A stretch of DNA of 64,000 nt from Eledone cirrhosa (Eukaryota). The notes beneath the pieces were generated by a model. That model searched no databases, was not told the DNA's origin, and worked only from the letters and a program-made list of their open reading frames with translations. The translations under genes were made by a program, and so were the position numbers. Below, piece after piece: positions 40,291 to 58,993 of this stretch; position 1 is the first letter of the stretch, and each line of letters begins with the position of its first letter. The stretch covers positions 187,488,001-187,552,000 of the forward strand of contig OZ024740.1 in the NCBI GenBank assembly GCA_964016885.1. The letters are read 5' to 3'.

Positions 40291-41154
40291 ATTAAATTTG
40301 AACTTCACGGCTATAAGAACATGTTAATACACCACTCTCAAATGTTGGAACATTCCATTTTATAGTATGGATTATAACACTATATCTACTCGAAATTTTA
40401 TAATTACAAAGTCATTCCTTAGAAACCATATACTTAGAAATGCTTCCCAATAAATTAAATACATCTCGAAGCTTTCTTGTTAAAATGTGTACGTTTTATG
40501 CTTGGAATACTTATATGTGTACGAAGAACAATGTTTTGAAGTTATATAAGTTTATTTTAAAAGGAAAGAGTAGAATCCGAGGAAACTAGCTAGCGTCTGC
40601 TTTGACAAATATTAAGTTGGAGTCCTGCCTCACGGCAATTTAATGTGTTCCACTTTGTGAACTTTTTGTAAGTTATTTCATTTAGTTTTCCCTTACGTAA
40701 TTGTTTGTAATCGATAAATGACTTTTTTATAATTGTTGGCAAGGTTTCTTGTTGAAAACTTAGCCACAGTAATGGGAAATATTTATTCACTAAAGAGATT
40801 TTACCACTTTGTAGTTTCGAATATGTACGTGATCAATTTTACAACTAACACTACACGCGGGAATGGGGAAATATTTTGTTACAAATTGTCATTTCGGTTT
40901 ACTATCACTTAAATTTACTTATGTATAGGATTTCATATGTTATTGTAGTGATAGGACAAAGGAACGAGAGAGAGTAGTTTTGTTATACTACATTATTTTA
41001 ATTTCGTCATGTCTGACTTAGCTTCGTATTCATCTCGAGATGCTGTAATGTTTTATTTTTCTGTTTATAACGCGCACCTTTTTTGTTCCTAGATATAAAC
41101 AAATCTGTAGGCCTATACTCTGAAGATATGAATATACTAATAATTGTTTCTACA

Positions 41155-41330
41155 TTTGGCACAAGGCCAGCATTTATCCCAGTGTATTACTGGTGCTTTA
41201 TTTTATCGACCCCGCAAGGATGAAAGGCAAAGTTAACCTCAGCAGGATTTGAACTCAGACCATAAAGGGCCTAACTCCTTGATGCAAAGCATGGCGTCAG
41301 ACCCTCTACCGATACTGCCAATCCACCGTA
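41155..41330 (-). mobile_element. tRNA-derived SINE, near full length
   Basis: Reverse complement of the 33832 family, including A and B boxes. Confidence 0.8.
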
Positions 41331-44300
41331 ATAATAATAATGATAGAGATAACCCGATTGTGGATGGTGAAACCAAAAATCAATGTAATAATAGGTTTTT
41401 GCTTTGATAGTATATTTTTGTGTATTATTTAAACTATAATAAAGGAAGGTCTGCGGGATTGCGTACGGTTTATTTATTGTTTATCCCGTTAGTAAAATAA
41501 GTTGGATTACTTTGAATAAATAATGAATTAATATTACATAATTTATCTACTAAATTTCGTAAACAAAAATAATTTCGTAAAAATAAATAATTTAAAATTG
41601 ACTTCTTTTCAAAGTTGCACTTCCGGTATATCGTTGCCACTTCAATTACCATATATATAGAAAGAGAGAGTGTGTGATGTCAACACTTCCGGTGGCGATC
41701 ACTTAAATAAACATACTAATTTTCTGTCATTAATTTTCTCCTAATGCAGTTTATATATAATATTGTCTTTTTTTTAATGTATCATGGATTACGTTACTAA
41801 TTACATAAGACAGTGTAACACAGTCTTCGTTCAATTTCTGTTTATATTGTCAATTACGATTTTATTTGATGTATCATATCTACATGTATATATACTTGCG
41901 TATAATACACACTACAAATGCTAGCAGAAAGCCACACGAAGGGTGGTTTTTCTGCTAGTATTTATAAGGTTCCATGAACTCTATTTTTATGTGAAACATG
42001 ATTATGATATATTTTCCTTCGTTTTGAATTTATATTTTAATGTAGAATATTTGTGTAATTAAATAATATCAGCATGTAATTACATAATAATAGGTGCTTT
42101 GGGAATGATAAAAACATATACTAGCATATACATAACACAAAACTTAGAAATATATACAGCATCCAAAAATATAGAACTATTAAGCATTGTGCATATATTA
42201 CGAAGAATAATTTTAATACAATAGAAACAACATCAACAGCCACACTGCACACACCCAAGGTGCACAAAATTCCACTCAGTAATGCAGTGACGATGCGCAA
42301 AAATAATTCGACTAATGATAATAATGCTTCAAAAATTTCCGCTGACCCTTGAGATGTGCGGCTGATTGTCGCACTTAGTGATGAATTGATGGTTTGTTTT
42401 ATTTCCCTTATCTTTTCTCTTGATCAGGTCGTATATTTTGTGCGTTATACCGTTCCTAGCAATGCTAACTTTGCTAGTCACTAGTTGATGGGCAACCAGG
42501 TGTATTAAATATCGAAAATTGCGTTGGTGATATGTATATGTGGCTGGTAATTTACAAAAGTATAGAGAATGGATACTATATACAAGTGGTTACTTTTTAG
42601 AACAATACATTCAAATATTTGTGAAAGCTAAACACATCCCTAATGCGTTTGACTGTAGTTAGTGACGATGTAATAGAAAAAACAATGAATTATTAATTAA
42701 AATAATTAGTGATTTTGATACAAATTTATTTTTAAACAATGTCTATTAACAGAACTGATAACTGGTATAAACGTAGTTCATTTAATGAAAAACAAAATCT
42801 CATTAACTGTATATAATTTAATGGGTATCATAAGTCTGATAATAATTTGCTGGGTTTTTTTTTCTTTCTATCAAGTTTAATGTTTGACAGACTCTTTAAG
42901 TATAAAGAAAGAAAAGAAATATGCAACAGTTTTATTTCTTATCAATACTTCAGTCAACTCATACACCTCTACAGTCTCTTTAGTGTTGATGCCATGGTAA
43001 ATTAACGCAGTGTATCCAACCGTAGGATACATGTCAAAAAGGAAAAACAAACAGTTGAAGGACATGGAAAATGTTTCATGTTAGAAAAACATCTAGCTAT
43101 AGGAACTATGCCTAAACTCGAAATTATGTAGGATGTAGTCCTCTGAAACATTTAGTACAGTTGTATCGATTAAGTACTGACCTGGTCTGTAATGACTTAT
43201 CCAATCCATGTTAGCTTGGAAAAGTGGACGTAAAATAACAACAGTTAGAACAATGGTGAATCTACTATTATGAACTAATGAAGAAATCCAGGCTTCCTCT
43301 GGTTTGCAACGTTGTCGCTATAATTGTCAAGCTTCAGGACTCCAAAAATGTCAGTTCGTCTGTGAGTCAGAATTCTTTATACCCATTTTGTTGAAAATGT
43401 GCTTGATCTTTAAAATTATCTTGTGTGTTAATAATTCCTTAAGTAGATTTGGATGAACAAAATATATATTGAAAAGAAACAGATTTATGAGCTACATGGG
43501 TGATCATCAAAATCTTTAAATCTGGTCATTAAATCATCTTCCTGTGCCTAAAGATGGGAATGATAACACTCTAGGTTTGTATCTAATAACAGATCACAAT
43601 CATTTTTTTTATTATTTGTATACTTTGAAACTGAATGTAACATCTTGCAATGCTAAATTTGCAAAATATAATTTTGCTGATAAACGAATTTATCATTATT
43701 TTTGCTTGACTAAGGTTCATTTTATCAGAAAGATAAGCGATGACAATCCTTTGGGTTTTTAGCTGAGTACATATTCCATCATCAAACGACTTTAAAAATC
43801 CAGAATATTATCGTAGAGATCATAAAAGTGATGCAAATTGTTTTCCTTTAAAGCGATGCTCAAATTCTTGTTCATTTTCAATGTAAAGTTTCTGAAAAAT
43901 AAGGGTATTCTACAGATAAGCTTTCAGTTTATTCAATGTTTTAATAACATTGTGCAAAGGTTCTTGTAGTTTACTGCTGACTCTTTTTACAGATATAACG
44001 ATAGTTAGTTACTTCTTTTAAATGTAGTATTTAAAGTTGTGACCAATCAAACCAAGTACTCTATTTGTTGTATATACAGGAATATTTTTCTTATAAAAAA
44101 AAAAAGAAAAATGGGCTCAACCACTCTAGAAATTGCTGACTGTTTTCTCTTAGTTTTAAATTACTTGGCAACATTTTTTATAATTTTTTAAAAATTAATA
44201 TTTGGATAAGCCAATAGCAAAAATTCATTGTCTCAAATTATTTAAATGAGTATTGGTGAAAATTCTGTACTTTCCAAATCACCATAAAGTTATATTTTTA

Positions 44301-47300
44301 CAATGTCATTTGTTGTTTCATCAGTTCCTATTCATAGTGAACTATTACTGAAATAAATTAATGGCATATTACATCTGTCAGAGTCCACCCTCCTCCTGCC
44401 TTAGTGGCTCGTGCGGCAGAGTCTTCAAACACTCCTAAGCCATCCTAGTATTTATAATTTCATTTAGAAATAAGACGAGTGTTTCACCAATAGTATTAAT
44501 TATGGGTATGTGGTTAGAAGACCCCAAGAAAGCCAGGTGGATAACATCCAGCACCTTGGCTGGTCTTCTTTGAGGATCCAGCCAGATAAATTGGAGAAGG
44601 TTGCTTCTGACAGGACCCACTGAAAGGGGTGTTTAAGGACTCTGCCCCATAATCCTCCCTGGAATAAACAGGTGAAGAAGAATTTTGAAGTTTTGTGAGA
44701 TGTAACTAATCTTTTCTCTAGTTAGCTATTTTGTTTTACAATTAACTTGCTTTGTGTAGATAGATGTTTTCATGCTTTGTTAATCTTCAAGCTTTCAGGT
44801 CTCTTGTTTGTTGCTTAGCTTCAGCCCAGTCTTGATAGAGCTGATCTATAATCAAAGGTATAATCAGCCAGCCTTTTCAGACATCTTATTTCAGAGTATA
44901 TTTTCTAGTATGTTTTTTTTTATTTTTGTTTATCTTTTAATATGCTGGAATTATTTAGCAGAAATATTTAAAAACAGGGTTGTAAATTTAAATGTTTACA
45001 GCATCTTTAACTAATGATCATGAAAAGTTCCAGTATTAGAGAAAAGACATACTTTCCAACGTCTTAATAATGTTATACCATGCAGTACAGGATATTAAGA
45101 ATTATAGATGCTAGGTTATAATTTGAGGAATTAGGCTACTATGTCTAACATGTTGAGTGATCTTGTAGAGGCTCTGTTATTGATCTCTGGGTTTTATAAT
45201 AAGTACAGGGTAAATGTTAGAGTTGCTCCAATTAACCTTCCTCTGCAAATGTATGACCTTTGTAATTTTGTTAGAAGTCATTATTTAAAAAAAAAAAAAG
45301 ATCTCATCAAAGAGTACGTTTTTATTTTCTCTTTTTCCAGTTTTAGTCTGTCAAATGATTTAAAACCAGTGATATTTAGTCAGGGATTAGCTAGCTACAA
45401 GTCTATAAGAAAGTGAATAGATATTGCAGCAGGTATTTTGTGGAATTTAATGTTACCTTAGTAAGTCTGGTGTAATATGCTCAATTCTACTTGTTTCCAT
45501 AAAATTTGATTTAGTCAATGGTCGATGTCAGATTATTGTATTTCTTAATAGAATATGGCAGAACAAGATTTAGTGAAAAGTATCACTCCTCTTATTGGCA
45601 AAGTAAATTTATATTTGCCTGTACTGAATAAAAAGATTGTTAAAGCAGTGTTTAATAGTTCAAGACAGCTAAAATAAATGCTGTTGTGATGATGAAATTA
45701 GTTTAGTCTACTGACATGCTTTTAAATCTCTCTAATACTGTGACACTAAATATACTAAAGTTGAAGTGTTGCTACTAAATGAAAAGGTAGTGTAGTATTT
45801 AGGACTGCATATAGCTGGTATTTTATTTGGTATCTCATTCTTTCAAATATGGTGTTGTTTATTCACAGGTTACTCATATCTTCACTCTTAGTGAAGTGAG
45901 GTGGCTTAGTGGTTGGAGAATTGTATTCACAATTGTGAGGTTGTGAGTTTGATCCCCAGAGTACGCAATGAATTATGCCCTTGAGCAAGACATTTTATTT
46001 CATGTTGATCCTTCTTCCAGGAGGTGCAACCAGTAGTTGGCATTAGCAATGCAAACATTGTCTCCTTGATGTGATTCGACAAGCTCCACCCAACTCAGAA
46101 AGCAAATGAGGTTTGGGATCTTGTCAATGAATACCTTTTTTTTTAAACTCATATCTGAGCAGATGTATAAAAAAAGGTTTTATAGCCATGACATTCCAAA
46201 CCATTTATTGGGCATGGTATTTTTAGGATTATATCATCCAAGGCTCCTCTCTCTCAAAATGGGAGATTTGGCTGCTATTTCCTGCAGGTTAAATGGCAAT
46301 GAAAAGGCTACCTTTTTATTAGCATGTGGTTGTTGTTTAGGCATATGTCTATTGACTGTTATCAGTAATACTCTAAGGTCTAAAAATCTAAAGTCTGTTT
46401 TGAGCTCGGAGGCATATCAGATTGGTACTTGTTATGGTTCCCATAGCATTAAGCAGCTGAGTGTACAAGACTCCCCCTATCACAGGTTTAAACCCTCTGT
46501 CATTGCTGGCACTCATTTTCAGCTGAGTATACTGGAGCAATGTGAAATACAGTGTTTTGCTCTAGTATGCTACACACACCCAGTGCAGGAAACAAACCCA
46601 TGATCTTATGATCATAAGTCCAACACACTTACCACTAGGCTATGCATCTTCACATTGGAATAAATAAAATAGCTATATCTATTCTCTTTAAAAGAGAAAC
46701 TAATACAACATTAATACTGACATATATTTTACCCACAGACAGGATTTGTCATTATTTTATGAGGTAGGATATTTTAGTGCTTTTCTATTAGAAATACCTT
46801 TGAAAGAGACTATCAATAATTGTCAGTGTTTTATATAGCTATCACCATCATTGCTATCACAACTGTCACATTAACATCATTGTCAACACCATCACTACCA
46901 ACTTCATAGTCATCATTCTCTTTGTCATATTAATTAGGATTGAATTGTTTATTTATGGTTCTGATTTCCTCTAAATTCTAGTATATAGACCAGATAAAGT
47001 ACAAAAATACGTTGGAAATAATGTGAAAACAGAAATATAAGGGCAACATTAAGAATGAATTAACCACTAATAGGTATTATAAACACCAATTTAAGATAGA
47101 AAGAGGAAACCATCTTAGTGATGAGGTGTGGCAAAAAAATCCTGTGCCTGATGACCGTGTTCGTTCTCCAAGGTACAGTTGGATACATAGAAAGAAAAAG
47201 AAAATTTGAAATATTATTTTCAATAAAAGTTGACCATTAAAGAAAAAAAATTAGAAGATTGACATAATTCATGATTATGTAAAGATAATTCTATAAGCAT

Positions 47301-50300
47301 TTTCTTCTTCAGTTGTTATCATAGTTAAACTACAGTAATGGAGGATTGCACATTTGCTTCATCCATTACAGCAGTCATGATCAATTGCCCTGTGATGGAA
47401 TGATTAACCCTGCCCATAGAATGTTTTTGAATTCCAAAGTTGAATTTAAACATTGTAAACAGCTGAAACAGATACTGCAATGCATTCTTTCTGACACTTT
47501 AATAATTTCCCCCATCCTATCATCTTCAACTGATACTTTATCAACCCTGAAATTATGAAAAGCAATAAAGACAGCAGCAGGATTTGAACTCTGAGTGTAG
47601 AACCCAAAACTGATACTGAAATTCATTCCATCCAATACTGAAATTTATTGTATAATAATAAAGCACATATCAATTTATAAAGTTGAATCATTAAAAAATG
47701 CTTTGTTTTTTTCAAGTAAGATTTAATAAACAAACCTTTTAGGGTTTGAACTTTATAATAAAGTAACTTAAAATGATCTTTAGTATCAATTGGATGCGGA
47801 AAGTTAGCAATGAGCAGCACTATTTTAATTTCTTCCCCAATCGACCAACAAAATATCAGAATGCTTATCAGTCACTGTCTGAGACACCAAGTCATCTAGG
47901 TAGTAATGAACTAGAGTACTTCCAAAAACAGGGTCAGGACCTGATGGAGAATAGTGGTGTATGAACTGATTTTGAACTTGGTTCATTGTTATGTAACAAA
48001 AAAATATATGGCTTATCTGTCATCATGCCTAAAGAAACTGGAAGTTTTATGTGATAATGAGGATAAACTTAGTCAAAATATTTTTAAGTTCACTGTTGAT
48101 AAAAAATTTTGGCAACTTTTTACAGCTTGATCTTTTTGTTTTCACAGACCATTGAAATGTTGGTATGGTCTGAAATTATGCAGCAACATATTTGCGATAA
48201 TGTTCATTAATTCAACCTAGTTGATATAGGCAAGTAACATTGCCAGGGTTGACTTTTTTATCTCTCCAGGGTCGATAAAATAAGCACTTGTCAAGTATTG
48301 AGGGAAGAGAGAGATTAACATTGACTAAACCCTTCCACCAGAATGTGTGACCTTCTGCCAATGTGTTAGAAACAATTATTAACATATGGATAGGTTTCCA
48401 TAGCCAAGTTTCTTTTTCCCTTCAACTCTTTTATTTTTCTTCTCTTTTTTAATGCAGTAAAATTGTTGGAAGGGAGGGGAGGGAGCTATATTTTGATAAC
48501 TATGTCATCTCTTGCTAGTCGATGCTATATAACTTGATTAATCAGATGGAATCAATGTTGCCTGACAATTGGCCATTATGCTGAAAATCACCAATGAAAA
48601 TATTTTTAATGGGAGACAAAAACATTAAGATTTAGTGATTAACTTATGCTGATTGTTCAAAGTAATTCCAAGGGAAGACATGAAAACGTAACATCATTAA
48701 TTATGTTAGTTAAGTAGCAGCATCTTCTAGAGTTATTTTTCTTTATGAAATTGAAGAAAATCTCTATCTGAATGGTATTAAACTGTTAACGAGGTTTTAC
48801 AAGTACAAATGGTAACTCCAAATATTGGTATAGTTTCCATTATATCTTAAATTAGACTTTGGTGGCTATTTTATCTTAAATATTTCTTGTTTAAGGAAGT
48901 GGTGTTGTCAAATAAGTTAGAGAGCCTGCAAACATTCTTGGCATTATGGCATTTAGCTTCACTTAAAATCTTATTGTCTACCTTTGCTTTTAATTCATCC
49001 AGGACAGTTGTCCTGAAATTATTCACTACCACATCATGGTTTCAACAAAGTATTTGAAATTTTGAATGTAGTTTACAGACCCCAGTGCTACATTTTCAAA
49101 AACTCAGAGGTCATAAGACACCAGGTTAGGGACTGCTGATCAAAGATCTAAAATCAATTCAATTATTTATTCTCCCTAGTTGTGAAAAGATAACAAATAG
49201 GTTGAGAAAAAAATTGGACATTTCATTTTCTTATGAACTATCAGCTGTCAAAAATATCCACTGGTTTAACTAGTGAAGCCAAGTTATAGCGATCTGTTAT
49301 ATTGGGTGCTGCTTCTTATGAACAGTTAAAACTTGCATTTTATTTTTACAGCATTCACTAAAATTTTGATTACTTTAACTGTTTCTCTATTAACTCTCCT
49401 TCGTTGTATGTCTTTCCCTTAGCTATTTTATCACTTCTTACGATATCAGCTTGTTCAATATTGTCTGATGTTTTTGCCATATGTCTCTGGAGAGATTCTA
49501 TTTCAGCCTCCATTGATTCATGATTGATTTTTTATCCTTTATTCATATAAATTACGCTATTATTATTATTATTATTACTATTATTCAATAATTACATAGA
49601 TTGTAGATATATTTTGGAGCCTGAGGAAGAAAAATAGTTCATTTTGGACTTAGTAAGGTCATGTAACTTATGTCAGTAAAATAATTAAATAATGGCTTCG
49701 AAAAGCAAGAAATGCCAATAATTTTCAATTAATCTCAAAATTATTTTTAACAAATTTTGCACATCGCGCTCAGATTCTTTACTATTGACTACCTCTAAAA
49801 TTAGAAAACAAACAAATAAATTTTAAAAAAACCTTTTCATTGAAGTGAATACTTATTAATTTTTGGTTACAAAATAGTTTCTATGCATTGATGGAACTTT
49901 ATCTTCAGTATAAGGAAATGTGCTGCCTTTCTGTCTAGACTGCTGTATCTGTCTGAATTAGATTTTATACCATTTCATTTTTAAGAAACTTTGATTATTA
50001 TTTTTACATATTTTCTTTGGATGGAATTAGAAGTTTTGTATTTTGAAAACTTCTTTTATGCATTAATGAGATTTCTCATGGAAATGCTGCAAACATAAAA
50101 GTTAAGAAATATTAAATTTTGCAGGTAAATTATTCTAAAACGAAAGGTTATTAATAGCATACATTTTAAAAATCAGCTTTAATAATTAGTTCATATAAAA
50201 ACTTTAAAACATCAGTGAGGGTGAGACGTTAACAATTGTTGTTTTTTTGTTTTCTTTCCTCATGTTAGTTTAGGCCTTATTATAGTGATAACATTTCATC

Positions 50301-53300
50301 GGAACTTTTCTATCTATAAAGCTTTATTGGGAAGGCATGTAAGCTATTGGTTAATCTCGTTATCATAAAGTCATTCATTTGATCCCTGAAGTGGGTTGTG
50401 TGTTGCAGCCTTGAGCAAAGCACTTCACATCATGTTACTTCAGTTCCTTCAGCTGAAAAATGAGTACCAGTGGCAGCAGGGGCTAAAAGTGCAATGAACC
50501 AGTTTGTATTCTCAGTTTCTTAACATCACATGAAATCAATCATAAACGCCGTCAAACTTATCCCATCATAGTAAAATGGACATTAAAATGATTACGATGA
50601 TGAAAGTTTTATCAAACTGGAGAATTTCACTAGTTTGCTTAGTTAAATTATATAAACTACCTGCCTATCATTTCTAAAATAAATTTAGTTTAGCTTTATA
50701 ATGTTGGTATTAATTTCATCAGTATACATGTGTAAATTCAATATGACAAACATTTCGATCTGCTGCCATATCACAGATATGCTTCATGAGATATTTCAGT
50801 AACCAGACAACACCCTTTTATTTTCAAATTTCATTCTATTAAAGATTTTTGATTCTTTTTTTTAAGTTAACTTTTCTTTTAAATTTTCTTAAAAATAAAT
50901 AGCCAAAGAACAATTTAGAAACAACAATTTGGGATAACTTCTTGAAATGTTGTTACAAAAGACTTTGTAATTTTGTTTGTCTGTAATCTGCTTTCACTTC
51001 TCAGCAGGATTTATTTCACCCTCACCATAGTGTAGTATCTGAAAGCAACAAGCTTGATACCAGGAGGTCTTAGTATCTAAACATTTGATTATAGGTTTCC
51101 TTGCCAAATCATGAAACTATTATTTATTGATTGTAGGGAAATAGGTAGTGTATTGGTCCAATTCAGTTGACTATACAAATACAATTTTGTAGAAATATGA
51201 GAAAATTTTGTCATTACCTTCATTAAGGTTATTCTCAGCATGGTCTAATTTCTTTCATTAACAATTAAAAAACAGTAATATACTTTTTAAGTACATCTAT
51301 CTCTTTATATATTGTTTGTTATATACATGTATCTGTGTGTATGCTCACACATTAGGAGTTCAAACTTCATTACAACTATTGTGCATTTTGCTTTTTGCAA
51401 AAAGATATTCTTGTGACTGTTTGCTAGTTTGATAAGAGATATCACTCTATTTAATGATTAGTAATAGGACTGGTAACCAGTTGTGAAAATAGTTGTTTGA
51501 ACTACGAATAATTTCACCTTAGACAAGCATTGAAAAATCTATATAAAGGAACACAATTTACATGTGTGTGTGTATTTTTATATCTCTAAATACGTAACTG
51601 AAACTGTTTACGTACTTGATTTAACTGACTAAGAAGAAAAAAGTACTACATCTGCTGCATCGATGGTAGTGAATATGGGGCAGCATTAAGATGTGTATAC
51701 AAATATGGAAATGTCCAATATTGCAGAAATTGCCTCTTCTAAACTAGCTTAGTAAAATAAATAGAGTTGAGGGAAAATAGCATGCAATCTATTTTTCCAA
51801 TATTCTAAACTGTAAAACAAATTCTATAGCACTGAAGCTATGACTACTACTTATCAGGTTCTTCAAATATTCTTTTGGATTTCAGCCAAATAACAATGAG
51901 CTAAGCTGCAGCATAATGTCTTCTATCTTGAGACTAAATCTCAAATTTCCTTGTCATGCCAAAATGGCTGACACTGTCTGTTGAACTTATGGCAGACTTA
52001 AACATTGATTAAAAATATGAGAAAAAAATGTTTTCTTCCTTCATTAATTGTTTTATAATGTATCTTTATTTGTGGATTTGAGAGATTGTTCTTTGTGCTA
52101 TGTATTTTTTGTTAATGGCTTTATAATGATTTTACTTGATATATTCATATCCATGAAGAGACCAGGTGTTTGCAGTGTTTGTCATGTGATTATAGCTTTA
52201 TAAAGGTATTGTTAGCATAGTTTGTGTTTATTTCTTTATTATTTGTAAAAAGATTTCAGTATGAAGATTATAGTTATGTCTGAAGTTGACAATATTGTCT
52301 GAATTATTTGAAATCTCTATCTGGTGTCTGTCACAATAGCTATTCTGAGATTTACAGGTTAATCCTGATAGGTAGTTGAATGTAAGCATACTGTATCAAA
52401 TGCACTATTGCAGTGCCTATGGACAACAGAAATCTGCAGTGTATTCAAATTCAAAACTTAGGACCTAGTAGTCAAGCAGCGTATTTACTCGATTGTTTTG
52501 TCTCCCATCCTTTTTGACAATACATTTTTCATATTAAGCTTTGGCATTTTTTCAATAGTTCAGCTTAAGGGCTAACGTGAAACGTAATATTCTAGACAAG
52601 ACAATTTAGGAATTTACTAATATATATTAACAGATATTAAAAGGATTATAACTTTTACCACTATGGTAGGAATGTGACTGGTGTCAGCTTATTTTACCCT
52701 AGTAGTATCTGAAAGTAACAAGTTTAGGGTGTCTTAATTTCTAAATAATTGATTATAATTTTACTTGCCAAAATATGAATCGAAAGCAATATGACTAAGT
52801 ATATAAAGTATACTTCCACATATATTTTGAATTCAAATCTATTGCAGTCATTTTCATTGTCTTTCTGTACAGAATACTTTATTCTTCATTTTATCTATAA
52901 TTGGCAGATGTCCTATCTAGGAAATTCACTTCACAGGCTCTTAAAGGACCAATTTATTTTTTACAATTCTGAAAAACTGATTTTGTCAACTGTGGTGGAT
53001 TATCATTCCACCACATTGATAATTTTTTTTTATAAAGTTGCTGTTCAATCTGTGTACAAAATAAATATTAATGCAACTTACCTCATCCCCGAACAGTAAC
53101 ATTCCTTATTACTTTTCCATGGTGTATTTGAAGTTTTAACTTCTTTCATCTTTTTATTCTTTATTTGTCTTTCAAAATTGTCTGGAAAGTATTGGGCATC
53201 TGCTGTGATAAGTTTTGTCTATTCTAAACTATTCCTACTCTAAACTATTCCTACTTCCATAAATGTATGGCTTTGTCACCATGAGAAATCATTGTTATTG

Positions 53301-54218
53301 TATGTCAGGTTTGAATAGTGAAGTGCATCTCCATGATCCAAAGTTATATGCAGTATATGTTATTTTGCAACAGTAATCCATGTAATATATTTTTGCAGTT
53401 CTTAATGAATTTCCTTTTTTCTTTACATATTTGTAAGTCCAGGGATTTGGGTTATAATTGGTAGTACTGGTTTTATTCATCCTGTTGTACTTAGGGGAAT
53501 TGTCATGGTTTTCAGTCATCACCAGATTCTGAATGTATCTATTTTCATATCTTGATATTTTAGATAATTTATTCTGCTACTTGAGAAAGATACATTGTCT
53601 GCTGGAATTGATATATCTAGTTATTTAGAAAAATTATTTTTCTTAATCCTAGCAACAATATCAAAGTAATTTGCCTATATGTTTATCAGTAAAAAAGGGA
53701 TGACACATTGTATGACTACATTATTTTTCAAAATATTTTATGGTGTGTACTCACACTATTCTTTTCGGCCTAGATTTGAAAATGTTGACAATTTACAGCA
53801 TGTGTAATATCCAATTTGTTTATGTCTTTGTTTCATTTGTTTTGGCTTAACCCGTGTTGCCAAGAATAATGAGATTGTTTCTTGCACAAATACTGCTATT
53901 ACACTTTTATATTCTGCATCACTGGTAGTTTTTTGGTAAAAGATTTTGGTCTGAATGTGATGAAACTCTATTTCAACTATAGACCCAGGTGGTGTTAAAA
54001 TTCTTTTCTGATTGGCATCTCTTTTGTATGATCTTGCTGAGTGTCATAGTTACTTACATAAGGGCTTTGTTTGCCATCGTTTTCCCATGGAAGTTTGAAG
54101 TTCTAGTTTCAGTTTTCTTTTAATATTTTTTTCTCTATATATTATTAGATCAAATCCTGTCAAAGATGAATGTAACTTTCATCATTCCATTGTGAATAAC
54201 TTTCATTATTAAATATTT

Positions 54219-54335
54219 TGAGTTCAAATCCTGCCAAGGTTAACTTTGCATTTCATCCTTACGGGGTTGATAAAATAAAATACCAGTAATACACTGGGAT
54301 AATTGCTGGCCTTGTGCCAAAAATAGAAACAATTA
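54219..54335 (+). mobile_element. SINE (5'-truncated)
   Basis: gagttcaaatcctgcc..tttcatccttacggggttgataaaataaaataccag..gctggccttgtgcc. Confidence 0.75.
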
Positions 54336-55978
54336 TTAATAAATACCAAGAGGGGTGATTTAATCAACTACATCCCTCTCCCAGATTATGTAGCCTTGTA
54401 CATGGCATAAATTATTATAATTAGAGCATTTGGTGCCACTAAATAAAACGTATTAGAGTATTTATTGATATAGCTTTACATTTTGAGTTCAACTCCTGGA
54501 GCTGATAAAATAAGGTATTGTGGCTGATTTCACCAAGTGTTGCATTCTCCAAAAGTTTGTACTAAAACTCTTCATGATTTGCTGCTGCCCTATCCTAACA
54601 GGCTTTTGATATTACTCTTTAACCCTTTAGCATGTAAACTGGCCATGTCTGGCCAGAATTCTCTCTCTCCTTTCTGTTCAAACTGACTGTAACCGACTGT
54701 TCATAAAAATGTTAATATACTAAAATTAATATTCTAAAATTAAACATTAATGTCATCAAAATCTTGTAGATTCGACATTATGTGAGATAATGACTTTACT
54801 GCATATATACAATGGAATATGTAGTGAAACTTGGAGATAACACATGCTGTTTTCACGTTAGAAATAAGATTGAGTTTTTAGTGCTTATCAATATGGCTTC
54901 TGAAAGAATGATACTGACTGAAGTTTTGCTCACAAAGTCTTACAACATGAAGAAAAAACAAAAATAACAGCATGTTGTCTTCAAATGAATTTGACATATA
55001 TAGCTAGATTCTTACAAAGTTAAATTAGATTGTGGGTGGCAGATGATTTTCATTCAGGGAGTAATTGTAAATTAGAAGTTTGCTGCAGACAAACAAAGAA
55101 GGGTAAAATAAACAGGCAACAAATTTCATTTGAATTTCTATTTTTTCTTTGTTTATCTGTAAAATGTTTTCTTTCCATTCTATCTATGGAAGCAACCCAA
55201 GACATAACATTACTGCCAACAATTGTACAGCTGAGATGCTGAAACAACTTTGAACTCTCATGAACTTCATTTGACACTTCAGATAGATGAAGCATTAAAT
55301 AAATCAAGAACATCATGATTAACTGACTGCCTAGCTTCTTCAAACATCTCAAATGCCACGGGTTGTAAAATGAAATTTAACTCCAATTAGAGCTACTTTT
55401 TGCAATTTACTTTGTTTAACGCTGGGCAGAGTAGCAACCACTTCTAACACAACATTTAAGACATGTGAGGGAGTGAACAAAATACCATAGCTAAGCCCAT
55501 TAAGGCCTCTTGCCAATCATCTCTGGACAATGCTACAGCCTTTAGAATTGGGGATACATTTTCACTTGTTTTAAAATGAAACTTATCTCACCAATAAGGG
55601 TGAAATAAATTTAATCTTAAAAGTCGTATTTTCTGTTTGTATCTTTCATTTTTCAAAATCTTTTTTATTTAAACTCATTTCCTTCGTTTCTTTCTCTTTT
55701 TTACTTGTCTTTATTTTCTCTTATTAATCTTCTTTTGACACATCTGTGTCCATTTAATACATTACAAATACACAAATTTAATCCAGATTAGTATCCTGCA
55801 CTCTCTACATCCCATTTCCACACAACTTACACTTATGCACTTCCATCTTCATTTTGTATTTGGATAGTCTGTTTTATTTTCTCTGATCCATGTTTTATAT
55901 ATTTCCACATATGTCATATATCTTTTAAGAACACATTATGTTCATGTATATACAAACATGCATATTTATATACATAAA

Positions 55979-56178
55979 NNNNNNNNNNNNNNNNNNNNNN
56001 NNNNNNNNNNNNNNNNNNNNNNNNNNNNNNNNNNNNNNNNNNNNNNNNNNNNNNNNNNNNNNNNNNNNNNNNNNNNNNNNNNNNNNNNNNNNNNNNNNNN
56101 NNNNNNNNNNNNNNNNNNNNNNNNNNNNNNNNNNNNNNNNNNNNNNNNNNNNNNNNNNNNNNNNNNNNNNNNNNNNNN
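55979..56178. other. Assembly gap (200 N)
   Basis: Run of N. Confidence 1.
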
Positions 56179-58993
<2,815 letters not shown>

